In this document: positions 47,251 to 56,712 of the stretch, piece after piece
How positions within the stretch are numbered: the stretch's first letter is position 1
Layout of the letters: each line of letters opens with the position of its first letter
The notes under the pieces: model-generated
The model's input: the letters and a program-made list of their open reading frames with translations, nothing else
Told to the model about the DNA's origin: nothing
Databases searched by the model: none
Made by a program: the position numbers and the translations under genes
Assembly (NCBI GenBank): GCA_965217615.1
Contig: CBDCIT010000040.1
Location: 6,053 to 70,052 of the forward strand
Reading direction: 5' to 3'
Length of the DNA stretch: 64,000 nt
Source: Alphaproteobacteria bacterium
GTDB lineage: Bacteria; Pseudomonadota; Alphaproteobacteria; UBA8366; CAVOAK01

Positions 47251-48436
47251 ATGCGCCGGACGGAGCAGTTGCAGGGACTGAGATTGATGAAGTTCGAGGA
47301 TGTCTACGGACGTTGTTATCGGGGTGATTTGAGCCAGGCCGAGGCCTCGGAGATCCTGGGCATGTCGGAGCGGACGTTCCGGCGCTGGCGGGAGCGCTAT
47401 GAGGCCGAGGGTGCCGAGGGTTTGTACGACCGGCGCCTTGGGCGGGTCTCGGCGCGCCGCGCGCCGGTGGACGAGGTGATGCGGGTGCTGGAGCTGTTCG
47501 AGACGCGCTACCCGGACTTCACGGCCAAGCACTTCCACGAGAAGCTGGTCTGCGAGCATGGCTTCGGGCTGAGCTACAACTGGCTTCGCCTGAGCTTGCA
47601 GGCGCACGGCAAGATCAAGCCGGCGCCCAGGCGCGGGGCGCACCGCCGGAAGCGGCCGCGCCGACCGGTGGTGGGGATGATGCTGCACCAGGACGGCTCG
47701 AGCCACGAGTGGGTTGCGGGCCAGTGGTGGGATCTGATCGTGACCATGGACGATGCGACATCGGAGGTCTATTCGGGCTTCTTCGTTGCCGAGGAGGGCA
47801 CGATGAGCACGTTCCGCGGGCTCGGCGAGGTGATTGCCGAAAACGGGCTGTTCTGCTCGCTCTACGCCGATCGGGCCTCGCACTACTGGCACACGCCCGA
47901 GGCAGGCGGCGGTGTGGACAAGGACAACCCGACCCAGATCGGCCGGGCCTTGGCGCAGCTCGGCATCGAGTTGATCGCGGCCTATTCGCCGCAGGCCCGG
48001 GGCCGCTCGGAGCGCATGTTCGGGACCTTGCAGAAGCGCCTGCCCCAGGAGCTGCGCCTCGCCGGGATCGCCACCATGGCCGAGGCCAATCGCTTTCTCG
48101 AGGAGCTCTTCTGGCCGGCGCACAACGCCCGCTTCGCCCGCCCGGCCGCGGACACCGGCTCGGCCTTCGTGGCTTTTGCCGGCACGCTCGAGGACATCCT
48201 CTGCGCCCAGGAGGACCGCGTCGTCGCGGGCGACAACACCGTGCGCTACAGTGCGCTACAAGAACCGCACGCTGCAGATCCCGGCCGATCGCCACCGCCA
48301 CCACTACGTCAAGGCGCAGGTCCGGGTGCACGAATATCCCGACGGCCACCTGGCCGTCTTCCACGGACCCAGGTGTCTGGCGCGCTACCGCGCCGACGGC
48401 GAAACCATCGACGACGACAGGCTCCAGGCCGCGTGA
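47251..48436 (+). pseudogene. ISNCY-family transposase inactivated by a 10-bp tandem duplication
   Basis: HTH plus rve-type core (MMLHQDGSSHEW, DLIVTMDDATSE, YADRASHYWHT, AYSPQARGRSER). Removing one GTGCGCTACA copy joins ..GDNTVRY to KNRTLQIPADRHRHHYVKAQVRVHEYPDGHLAVFHGP.. (391 aa). Confidence 0.85.
48241..48260 (+). repeat. 10-bp tandem duplication GTGCGCTACA x2
   Basis: Read directly from the sequence: gtgcgctaca gtgcgctaca. It causes the frameshift in the ISNCY transposase. Confidence 0.95.
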
Positions 48437-48554
48437 CCCGCTTTCGACGCGACCGAGCCAAACCACCACAACAGAAGCGGTCAATTCATATGGTACATAA
48501 AGCGGTCAACTCAGTTTGTTATCGACAGCAGGCGGGGCACCGGGCCCTAGCTCT

Positions 48555-49986
48555 CTAAAACAACTTGAATACGGTTATCTCCTCGCTGCGCCCGGTCAAT
48601 GCGTATTGACCTGCGGGCTCGGTCGGAAATTCGGGACCCGCGCGTGCGCGCGTGACGTCGCTGATGAGGATGTTCACCTCGTCCCCAACTTCGTAGATCT
48701 GCTTGCACAACTGCTCAAGGCGCTGGCTGACATTCACAGTATCGCCGACGGCCGTGTAATTCATGCGTCCGGGTGCACCGATATTACCGACTGTCGCCGG
48801 GCCGCTGTGGAGACCGATGCGCAAATGGATAGTCGGCTCGCTATTTCGCCGGCGTCGCTCGTTTTCAGCCCTGAGATCGGCGGCAATGGCGCGGGCGGCT
48901 CGGCAGGCCCGGGCCGCATGATCCGGCTGCGGGTCGGGCGCGCCCCAAAACGCCATGACGGCGTCGCCGATAAACTTGTCGACCGTTCCGTCCTCATTTT
49001 CCACATGTTTCGCAATCATTGCGAAATGCTCGTTGAGGAATGCGGCGACCTCGTCTGCCCGCTTGCCCTCGGCGAGCGGCGTAAAGCCTTCGATATCGGT
49101 GAAGATCACTGTGATATCCTGTTCGCTCGACTGGATCGCACCTTCATCGCCGCGGCGGATGAGCCGTTCGACCAGTGCCTTTGGGACGTAAATCTCGAAC
49201 CACCGCATTGCGCCCAGCATCGAGTTGAAGGCGCCGGCTTGTTGGTTGAGTTCGCGGAACGGGCTCTGTGGCAAAGCGTCGACATCGTCGATTGCAAGCT
49301 TGCCGATTCGGGCTGCGGCGACAGCGAGCCGTGTGATGGGTCGTGCAATGAGGCGCGCCAGGATCACTGCGGCGATACAGGCGAGAACGACCGCAATTAG
49401 GCCAACGGCGACGGCAATTTGCAGTCGGCGTAACTCCTGGTTGACTTCGTCGTTGCGGAAATACGTACCGACGACGATGTGTTTGTCGGCGAAGCCGCGA
49501 AGCTCGCGATACAGGAACACGAAGAGTTCACCGCCCGTCTCAACGACATGACCGCTGGTGTCGTCGGGAAGCGCGAGTATTAATGGAAAGCGTTGTTCGG
49601 TCTGCCAAATGGAGGCGAGGACCGGGTCGTCGAAGTCGTCAAGCGCCGGCAACGGTTGTGCGACAGTAAGCCCCGCAAGACGGCCGGTAAGCTGGGCGTG
49701 GGCCATCACGAAGTTACGGTCGTAGAGAATGAAGGCGTTATGGCCAACGAGTTCGTTTGGTTCGGCCAGATACTCCGAGAGCGCATTTATCGATACGAGA
49801 CCGATCAACATCCCCTTGAATTCACCGTCTTGATAGACCGGCTGGCGAAAGTTGACGAGGGTCGTTTCAAGTATCTTGTGCCATACGGGCTCGGCCCATT
49901 CCGCGCGCCCCGCTGCGCGTAAGCCGGAAATGGCGTCAATTACGGCTGGGTCTTGGCTATAGTCGGCAGTATAGGGCGTGGCCTTA
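48555..49986 (-). pseudogene. class III adenylate/guanylate cyclase with periplasmic sensor and HAMP, distal part (IS-interrupted)
   Basis: Sensor domain remainder, TM, HAMP (RLIARPITRLAVAAARIG), and cyclase domain (VIFTDIEGFT..KFIGDAVMAFWGAP..GLHSGPATVGNIG). The frame is open up to the IS end at 49986. Confidence 0.85.
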
Positions 49987-50929
49987 GAGCCGATCCAAGA
50001 ACTTGCGATTCATCGACAAGGGGTTGGCGGTGTCAAACGCCTGAGCATGATGCGGATCATGGCGAGACGGACGAAGGCGACAACGGTTCTGGCATATCGC
50101 TCGAAGTCGCGGGCGAGGCGCCGGTTGCGGCTGATCCAGGCGAACGTTCGCTCCACGATCCAGCGTTTCGGCAGGGCCACGAAGCGGTGCGCGTCGGTGC
50201 GCTTAACGATTTCCAGCTTCCAGCAGCCGGTCGTGGCGACGGTCGCCGCCATCCTCGGCCCCTGGTAGCCGCCGTCGGCGAAGATGGTCTCGATGAAGGG
50301 GAACGAACGGCGCGCGGTTCGAAGCAGCTCGCGGGCGCCGTCGCGATCCTGCACGTCGGCGGGATGGACGATGACGCTCAACAACAGGCCGAGTGTATCG
50401 ACGAGGATGTGGCGCTTGCGCCCCGTGACCTTCTTGCCCGCATCGAAGCCCTGCGGGTCGAGCGAAGCCCCCCTTTTTGCGCTCCCTTGGCGCTCTGGCT
50501 GTCGATCACCGCCGCCGATGGGCTCGCCTCGCGCCCTTCCCGGTCGCGTACCGCCACATAGAGCGCGTGGTGGATGCGCTCGAGCGTGCCGTCCCAGTCC
50601 CACAGCATGAAGTAGTGATGTGCCGTCGACTTCGGCAGCAGGTCCTTGGGCAGCGCCGACCACTGGCAGCCCGTCCAAAGAACATAGAAGATCCCGTTGA
50701 GCACCTCGCGGACGTTCACGTCGCGCGGCCGACCGCCGCGCCGGCGGGATCATTGGCTCGATCAGCGCCCACTCCGCATCCGTCAGATCGCTCGGGTAAC
50801 GCAAGCCGCGCCGTGCGGCGGCTTGCCGGTGTTCAGGCGTCCACATCGCGCACCCCTCCAGAATGTTTCGGGTGCCCGACAATGAATCACAAACGACTCA
50901 TCCGATTCAACAACTTCCTGGATCGGCTC
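49987..50929 (-). mobile_element. IS5-family, IS1031-group-like insertion sequence, 943 bp
   Basis: Terminal inverted repeats GAGCCGATCCAAGAACTTG / GAGCCGATCCAGGAAGTTG (17/19). The 3-bp duplication TTA is at 49984..49986 and 50930..50932. Confidence 0.85.
50010..50846 (-). pseudogene. IS1031-group transposase (orfA/orfB with slippery site) carrying an extra frameshift in orfA
   Basis: MWTPEHRQ..YPSDLTDAEWALIEPMIPPARR, then a frame change near 50735, then GGRPRDVNVREVLNGIFYVLWTGCQWSALP..SAKGAQKGG. The -1 site CAAAAAGGGGGG (about 50466..50477) leads to ASLDPQGFDAGKKVTGRKRHILVDTLG..ADGGYQG. Confidence 0.75.
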
Positions 50930-51372
50930 TTACCCTTGCGGCGCAGCACGCCGATCAGCTGGTGGTCGGTATCGACGAACGAAAACACTTCGATCTGGGG
51001 CGCCGCGGCCATCGCGCCAAGCAGGTAGTCCTTGAAGCGTTCCCTATCATCGACGTCGATCGTGCCTGATTCGACCAAACCAGCGATGAAGTTCGCCTGA
51101 TCGCTGGCCGGCATCAGATGCTGCTCGATGCGCGTGACCGCGGAATCGATGGTCAGGCTTGCCTTGTCGCTAAGAAGGCTCAACGTATTTCGCTGCGCGC
51201 TCCACAAACCGATGAACAGCACGACCGCGACGGAGATTAGAACCAATAGGCCGAGACTCACCGCCAATGTGACGGTGAGTGAGATGCCGCGGCGTTCAAG
51301 TACCGCTACATCTGCGGCAACTTCCGACATGTCATTGGCGGCACTCGGGGATGTGGCGGGGGCCTCGCTCAT
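50930..51372 (-). pseudogene. class III cyclase, proximal (N-terminal) part
   Basis: MSEAPATS.., TM helix LTVTLAVSLGLLVLISVAVVLFIGL, and the start of the periplasmic domain. It joins in frame to 49985 after excision (..RRKGK|ATPYTADYS..), giving 623 aa. Confidence 0.8.
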
Positions 51373-51503
51373 GGCCAGCGATGATAATGGCGGCGACGGA
51401 CTCTGCCAATCCGCTATCGCCGCTTGTATATATGTGCGGACCGCATGACCTGCACGCCACCGTGCCGGCGACAAAGTGGACATGCACAAATCAGGCATCG
51501 GAG

Positions 51504-52784
51504 ATGTCAGAGACGGATCAGATCGTTGCTTGGTGCCAAGGTCCGGGGCGTCACGTCCACGGCATTGGACCACTTATCGGCGGCTTTGCTGAGCAGCTCG
51601 TATCGGCAGGTGTGCCGGTAACCCGCATGACCATGTCGTGGCAGACACTGCATCCGCAAGCGCTGGTTGCCGCCTATTATTTGGATGCAGACCAAGGCAG
51701 TCGTGAGGTCACGGTGCCGTATGGCGCGGACCTGACGTCGGCTTACCTCAAGAGTCCCATACGGCTCATCTTCGAGGGGGCCGAAGAGGTCCGCCGGACG
51801 CTGTCGGGACCATCGGCAAAGGTCGATTTTCCCATCCTCGACGAGCTCAAGGAGCGGGGAATCGTCGAGTATCTGGCGCTTCCCGTGACATTTAGCGATG
51901 ACGTGACCCACGCCGTGACCTTCGCAACGACGGCAACGGCTGGGTTCTCCGAAGATCATGTATCGCTGGTCCGCAACGCCCTGATCGTTTTCGGTCCGAT
52001 TGCGGAAGTGCAGGCTGTGCGTCAGATCGCCCGAACGATCCTTGAGACGTATCTCGGACAAGCCTCCGGGCCGAAGGTGCTGGAGTGGTCCATAACGCGC
52101 GGCGACCTCGAAACCATTGATGCGGCGCTGTGGTACTGCGACTTGCGGGATTTTACGGGACTCTCGCAGACGCTGTCCTCGACCGAGATCATCAGCCTGC
52201 TTAACGACTATTTTGGTGTCGCGGAATCCGCGATTGAGACGCATGGCGGTGAGATTCTCAAGTTCATCGGCGACGCGGTCCTGGCGATTTTCCCTCTTGG
52301 CAGTGAGAAAAGCACGGCGGAGGTGTTGCGGAACGCCTCGGCGGCGGCCTGTGAGGCCCTCGCGTCGAGGTCGGAGATCGCCGCCGATAAGCCGGACTTG
52401 GATGTCGACTTCGGTGTTGCCCTTCATGTCGGGCGTGTTGCCAATGGAAATGTCGGTGCGCCCAACCGGCTCGATTTCACGGTCATCGGCCCAGCCGTCA
52501 ATCTTGTCGGCCGGATTGCAGGTCTATGCGGTGAACTCATGGTGCCCTACGTCGCTTCCGACGCGTTCGTTACCGCGAGCGAGGAATCATTCCGGCCGCT
52601 GGGTACATTTTCGCTGAAGGGCATTGCCAAACCGGAGGCGATTTTTACCTTGTCGCAGGATCTATGGGAGTCTCTCGTGAAGATATTGAGTAATTGTCGT
52701 TCGCAACGTTGCGCGTGGCGACGTAGTATTGCGTCTGGTCATCACGTTGTACCGGTCATCGCTACCGGCAAAAGAGGGACGTAG
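51504..52784 (+). CDS. class III adenylate/guanylate cyclase, soluble type
   Basis: ATG 51504. Cyclase core AALWYCDLRDFTGL..KFIGDAVLAIFP..GVALHVGRVANGNVGAPNRLDFTVIGPAVNLVGR. The C-terminal tail is of uncertain length. Confidence 0.8.
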   Translation: MSETDQIVAWCQGPGRHVHGIGPLIGGFAEQLVSAGVPVTRMTMSWQTLHPQALVAAYYLDADQGSREVTVPYGADLTSAYLKSPIRLIFEGAEEVRRTLSGPSAKVDFPILDELKERGIVEYLALPVTFSDDVTHAVTFATTATAGFSEDHVSLVRNALIVFGPIAEVQAVRQIARTILETYLGQASGPKVLEWSITRGDLETIDAALWYCDLRDFTGLSQTLSSTEIISLLNDYFGVAESAIETHGGEILKFIGDAVLAIFPLGSEKSTAEVLRNASAAACEALASRSEIAADKPDLDVDFGVALHVGRVANGNVGAPNRLDFTVIGPAVNLVGRIAGLCGELMVPYVASDAFVTASEESFRPLGTFSLKGIAKPEAIFTLSQDLWESLVKILSNCRSQRCAWRRSIASGHHVVPVIATGKRGT

Positions 52785-52788
52785 GAAT

Positions 52789-53958
52789 ATGCATGGGTCC
52801 AGCGACTTGAGTACCATTCGCGCAGGCTTAGCCGACCTCAACAATGCCGCCGCCGGCCAACCGCGGACCCTGCCACCCGCTTGCTATACCTCCGAGGCGT
52901 TTCTTGAACTCGAGCGGGAGGAGATCTTCCGTAAAGAGTGGGTCTGCCTCGGGCGGGTCGAAGAGGTTCCCAATCCCGGGGATTACCTCACGACCGAGCT
53001 GATCGACGAGCCGCTGATCGTCGTGCGCGGCCAGGACAAGAAGGTGCGCGTGCTCTCAAACGTCTGCCGCCACCGCTCCTCGGTGATCCTCGAGGGCACG
53101 GGCAATGCCAAGAATTTCGTTTGTCCGTACCATGCCTGGACCTATGCCAACGACGGCCAGCTCCTGCGCGCGCCCTACATGGACAAGGTCAAAGGGTTCC
53201 AGGTCAAGAACTGCCGACTTCCCGAGTTTGCAACCGAGGTCTGGCATGGCTTTGTCTATGTGAACCTGGACGGCAAGGCGAAGCCGCTGGCGCCGCGCCT
53301 CAAGGCGCTCGAGCCCTACATCGAGAACTACCACATGGCCGACATGATCAATCAGTTCCGCGAGGAGCAGGTTTGGGACACCAATTGGAAATGCCTCGTC
53401 GAGAACTTCATGGAAGGCTATCACCTGAGCTCTGTGCACCAAAATACGCTGCACGACATCACGCCAACCCGGCTTTGCAAGAAATTTCCGGGTGGCGACG
53501 GCTTCACTGGCTACAAATCCCACTTTCCAGGAAAGTGGCCGCCGCGCGAGCCCCACCATCCCGACCTGACGGACAAGGAGCAACGCTACACCATGATGTT
53601 CTGCGTTTACCCCTCGCACGTGGTCGCATTGTCGCCCGAAATCGTCAACTTTATGAGTATGTGGCCGCGCGCGGCAGAGGAGGTGCATGCGATATGGGGA
53701 CTGGCGACTTTCGATTCCAAGCCGACCCGCAAAAACGTGCGTTATCTACACGACTGGATCGGGGACGTCATGGCCGAGGACAAGGAAAGACTTCAGAGTA
53801 TTCGGAGGGGAATGAAGTCACACACTGCCGCTGCAAGTCTGTTGGCGCCACCCGACTTCGAAGGCACGATTTGGGACATCAATCGTTATCTGGCTGGAAG
53901 GCTCGCCCCTAACAGCCCGTTGATTAAGTCGGCGCCGTCTGATTCTCTGGTTCCCTGA
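52789..53958 (+). CDS. Rieske non-haem-iron oxygenase, paralogue P2 (native last 12 codons replaced by IS sequence)
   Basis: ATG 52789 after GAGGGA. Contains CRHRSS..CPYHAWTY and ENFMEGYHLSSVH. The IS copy C left end is at 53913. Confidence 0.85.
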   Translation: MHGSSDLSTIRAGLADLNNAAAGQPRTLPPACYTSEAFLELEREEIFRKEWVCLGRVEEVPNPGDYLTTELIDEPLIVVRGQDKKVRVLSNVCRHRSSVILEGTGNAKNFVCPYHAWTYANDGQLLRAPYMDKVKGFQVKNCRLPEFATEVWHGFVYVNLDGKAKPLAPRLKALEPYIENYHMADMINQFREEQVWDTNWKCLVENFMEGYHLSSVHQNTLHDITPTRLCKKFPGGDGFTGYKSHFPGKWPPREPHHPDLTDKEQRYTMMFCVYPSHVVALSPEIVNFMSMWPRAAEEVHAIWGLATFDSKPTRKNVRYLHDWIGDVMAEDKERLQSIRRGMKSHTAAASLLAPPDFEGTIWDINRYLAGRLAPNSPLIKSAPSDSLVP

Positions 53959-55356
53959 TTTGCAGGGGGGTTTGCCGATGGCGATGGGACGGCAGAAGGC
54001 TGGTCAGGGGGATCTGATGGTGAGCTGGTCGGAGATGCCGCGCTCTCCGGGTCATGTGTTTTATGACCGCCTGCAGTCGGTGCTGATCGAGGGCGGCTTT
54101 GACGCCTTTGCCGAGGCGAGCTGCCGGCCTTATTACGCGGCCCGGATGGGCGCGCCCTCGGTGCCGCCCGGGCGCTATTTCCGGATGCACCTGGTGGGCT
54201 ACTTCGAGGGCATCGACAGCGAGCGCGGTCTGGAGTGGCGCTGCTCGGACTCGCTTTCGCTGCGGGCGTTCCTGCGACTGGGGAGCCGTGATCGGGTACC
54301 GGACCATTCCTGGCTGTCACGGAGCCGCACGCGCCTGCCCCATGAAGTCCACGCGGCGGTCTTCGACTGGGTTCTGGTGCTGATCGCCGAGGCGGGGCTG
54401 ATCAAGGGCGAGCGCATCGGCGTCGATGCCTCGACCATGGAGGCCAACGCGGCGCTGCGGAACATCGTGCGGCGCGCCAACGGCGAAGGCTACCGGGAGA
54501 TGCTGGAGCGCCTGGCCCGGGAAAGCGGCGTCGAGACACCCACGGCCGAGGATCTGGCGCGTCTGGAGCGGAAGCGCAAGGGCAAGAAGCTTTCCAACAC
54601 GGATTGGGTTTCGAAGAGCGACCCCGAGGCCAAGATCGCCAAGATGAAGGACGGCACGACGCATCTGGCCTACAAGCCCGAGCACGCGGTGGATCTGGAC
54701 ACCGGCGCGGTGGTGGCGGCCGAGCTGCACCCGGCCGATGAGGGCGACACCACGACGCTTTCCAAGACCCTGGCGAAGGCCGAGGCAAACCTCGGGGCGG
54801 TGGATGCGGCACCGACGTCGGAGGACCCGGCCGAATGCGTCGCCGACAAAGGTTATCACTCACGGGCGGTCTTGAGGGCTCTGGACGACAGTCCCTGGAA
54901 GACCCGGATCGCGGCGCCCAAGCAGACCGGCTTTTCGCGCTGGCACGGTGATGAGGCGGCGCGGCGCGCGGTCACCAACAACCGTGCGCGGCTCAAGTCC
55001 GGGGTCGCCCGCGAGGCCTTCAAGCTGCGCGCCGAGATCGTCGAGCGCTGCTTTGCCCACAACCTCGATCGTGGCGGCATGCGACGAACCTGGCTGCGCG
55101 GGCGAGAGAATGTGCACAAGCGATACCTGCTCCACGTCGCCGGCCACAATCTATCGTTACTGATGCGCCAGCTCATCGGCGCCGGCACCCTGCGGGAGGC
55201 CGTGGCGGGCGGATATGGCGGTATTTTCGTTCTGCTCACGCCCACCGGGACCATGCTGGTGGCACGGGGGGTTTCGCAAAGCGGCCAGACGGCTTTCGCC
55301 GCCGCATTCCTCATCTGGGAGTGAGAGCCGGAAAAAGCCACTTAATCAACGGGCTG
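53913..55356 (+). mobile_element. IS5/IS1182-like insertion sequence, copy C (1,444 bp)
   Basis: Same 17-bp terminal repeats as copies A and B. The 4-bp duplication CTAA is at 53909..53912 and 55357..55360. Confidence 0.93.
53978..55324 (+). CDS. IS5/IS1182-like DDE transposase
   Basis: Near-identical to 23535..24881, with a few substitutions. Confidence 0.88.
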   Translation: MAMGRQKAGQGDLMVSWSEMPRSPGHVFYDRLQSVLIEGGFDAFAEASCRPYYAARMGAPSVPPGRYFRMHLVGYFEGIDSERGLEWRCSDSLSLRAFLRLGSRDRVPDHSWLSRSRTRLPHEVHAAVFDWVLVLIAEAGLIKGERIGVDASTMEANAALRNIVRRANGEGYREMLERLARESGVETPTAEDLARLERKRKGKKLSNTDWVSKSDPEAKIAKMKDGTTHLAYKPEHAVDLDTGAVVAAELHPADEGDTTTLSKTLAKAEANLGAVDAAPTSEDPAECVADKGYHSRAVLRALDDSPWKTRIAAPKQTGFSRWHGDEAARRAVTNNRARLKSGVAREAFKLRAEIVERCFAHNLDRGGMRRTWLRGRENVHKRYLLHVAGHNLSLLMRQLIGAGTLREAVAGGYGGIFVLLTPTGTMLVARGVSQSGQTAFAAAFLIWE

Positions 55357-55466
55357 CTAAGACGGTTCGCAAACCGCGCTTGCGGCGTGCGTCGTGATGT
55401 CCCAATGGTTATCTGGATTCGAGGCCTAGTTGCCTACGCTAAGCTGACCAGACTGGTGGATTAGAA

Positions 55467-56640
55467 ATGGGAGCTGCATCGGCTGAATTGAAAAGAGCGC
55501 TGGCGAGCATCAAGGATTTGGGTCCCGATCAGGCCAGATCGTTGCCGCCTGAGTTTTATGCCTCCGAGGAATTTCTCGAACTCGAGAAGGAGGAGATATT
55601 CCGCAAGGAATGGGTCTGCCTCGGCCGCGTCGCTGAAATTCCCAAACGAGGCGACTATTTCGCGACACAGCTTCTTGATGAACCGCTGATCGTCGTCCGC
55701 GGCCAGGACGATTAAGGTGCGCGTGCTGTCAAACGCCTGCCGCCACCGCTCCTCGGTGATCCTCGAAGGCGCGGGCAACGCCAAGAATTTCGTCTGTCCC
55801 TATCACGCCTGGACCTATGCCAACGACGGTCAACTCCTGCGCGCGCCTTACATGAACAAGGTCAAAGGGTTCGACGTCAAGGATTGCCGATTGCCGGAGT
55901 TCGCGACCGAAGTCTGGCACGGTTTCCTCTATGTGAACCTGGACGGCAAGGCCAAGCCGCTCGCGCCCCGCCTCAAGGGTCTCGAGCCGTACCTAGCGAA
56001 CCGACACCCTGAAGACATGGTGGTTAACGTCGTGCTGGACGAAGTGTGGCCGACCAACTGGAAGTGCCTCGCCGAGAACTACATGGAGGGCTATCACCTG
56101 AGCTCCGTGCACCACGCACCACGCACCACGCACCACAAAACTCTGCACGATATCACGCCGACCCGGCTCTGCGAGAAGATCCCACCGGGAGAGGGATATA
56201 CAGGCTGCAAGTCGCACTACCCCCGCAGGTCACCACAGCGGAAGCCCCACCATCCCGAACTGACCGCCGAGGAAAAGCGATACAGCATGTATTTCTGGGT
56301 GTTCCCCTCGCATGTTGTTGGTGTCATGCCGAACGGTTCTGCCTCGCTGTGCTTGCAGCCGCGCGGTGTCGGCGAAGTGGCCAATCGCTGCACCTTGTCG
56401 TCGTACGAAGCGGATCCTGCACTGTCGCCGAAGTTAAGGGTGGAAGGCCGAAACAGGATTATGGACGAAGACCGTGAGCAGGTCGCTCGGGTTCGCCGTG
56501 GACTGATGTCGCGCTATGTAGAACCCAACCGCCTGGGACCGCCGGATCTCGAAGGCACTGTTTGGGACATGTTCCAGTATATGGCCCGAATGCTGACGCC
56601 CGAGAAAGCACACGGAACCCAGCTCAGACGCGCGTCATGA
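55467..56640 (+). pseudogene. Rieske non-haem-iron oxygenase, paralogue P3, frameshifted (1,174 nt)
   Basis: ..VVRGQDD then TAA at 55713. The sequence gacgattaaggtgcgc compared with gacaagaaggtgcgc in P2/P4 shows one extra nt near 55712..55713. The rest (55717..56640) is collinear with P1. It also carries a 21-nt repeat insertion. Confidence 0.8.
56109..56136 (+). repeat. heptanucleotide tandem repeat (GCACCAC)x4
   Basis: Read directly from the sequence. The paralogues have a single unit at this position. The three extra units add 21 nt (7 aa, HAPRTTH-type) in frame. Confidence 0.9.
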
Positions 56641-56712
56641 CATTTGAGACATTTTAGCCGGACGTTAGCCATGATATCTTGCGTTGACCGACCAGGGTGA
56701 GGAGAGAAGAAG

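Larger units (their letters stand above)
47169..48526 (+). mobile_element. ISNCY-family (IS1202-group-like) insertion sequence, 1,358 bp
   Basis: Imperfect ~40-bp terminal inverted repeats (GTCGCTAACACAC..TGACCGGTCTATGTAACAGATGA vs GTCGATAACAAAC..TGACCGCTTTATGTACCATATGA). An 18-bp direct repeat AGCAGGCGGGGCACCGGG flanks it at 47151..47168 and 48527..48544. Confidence 0.8.
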
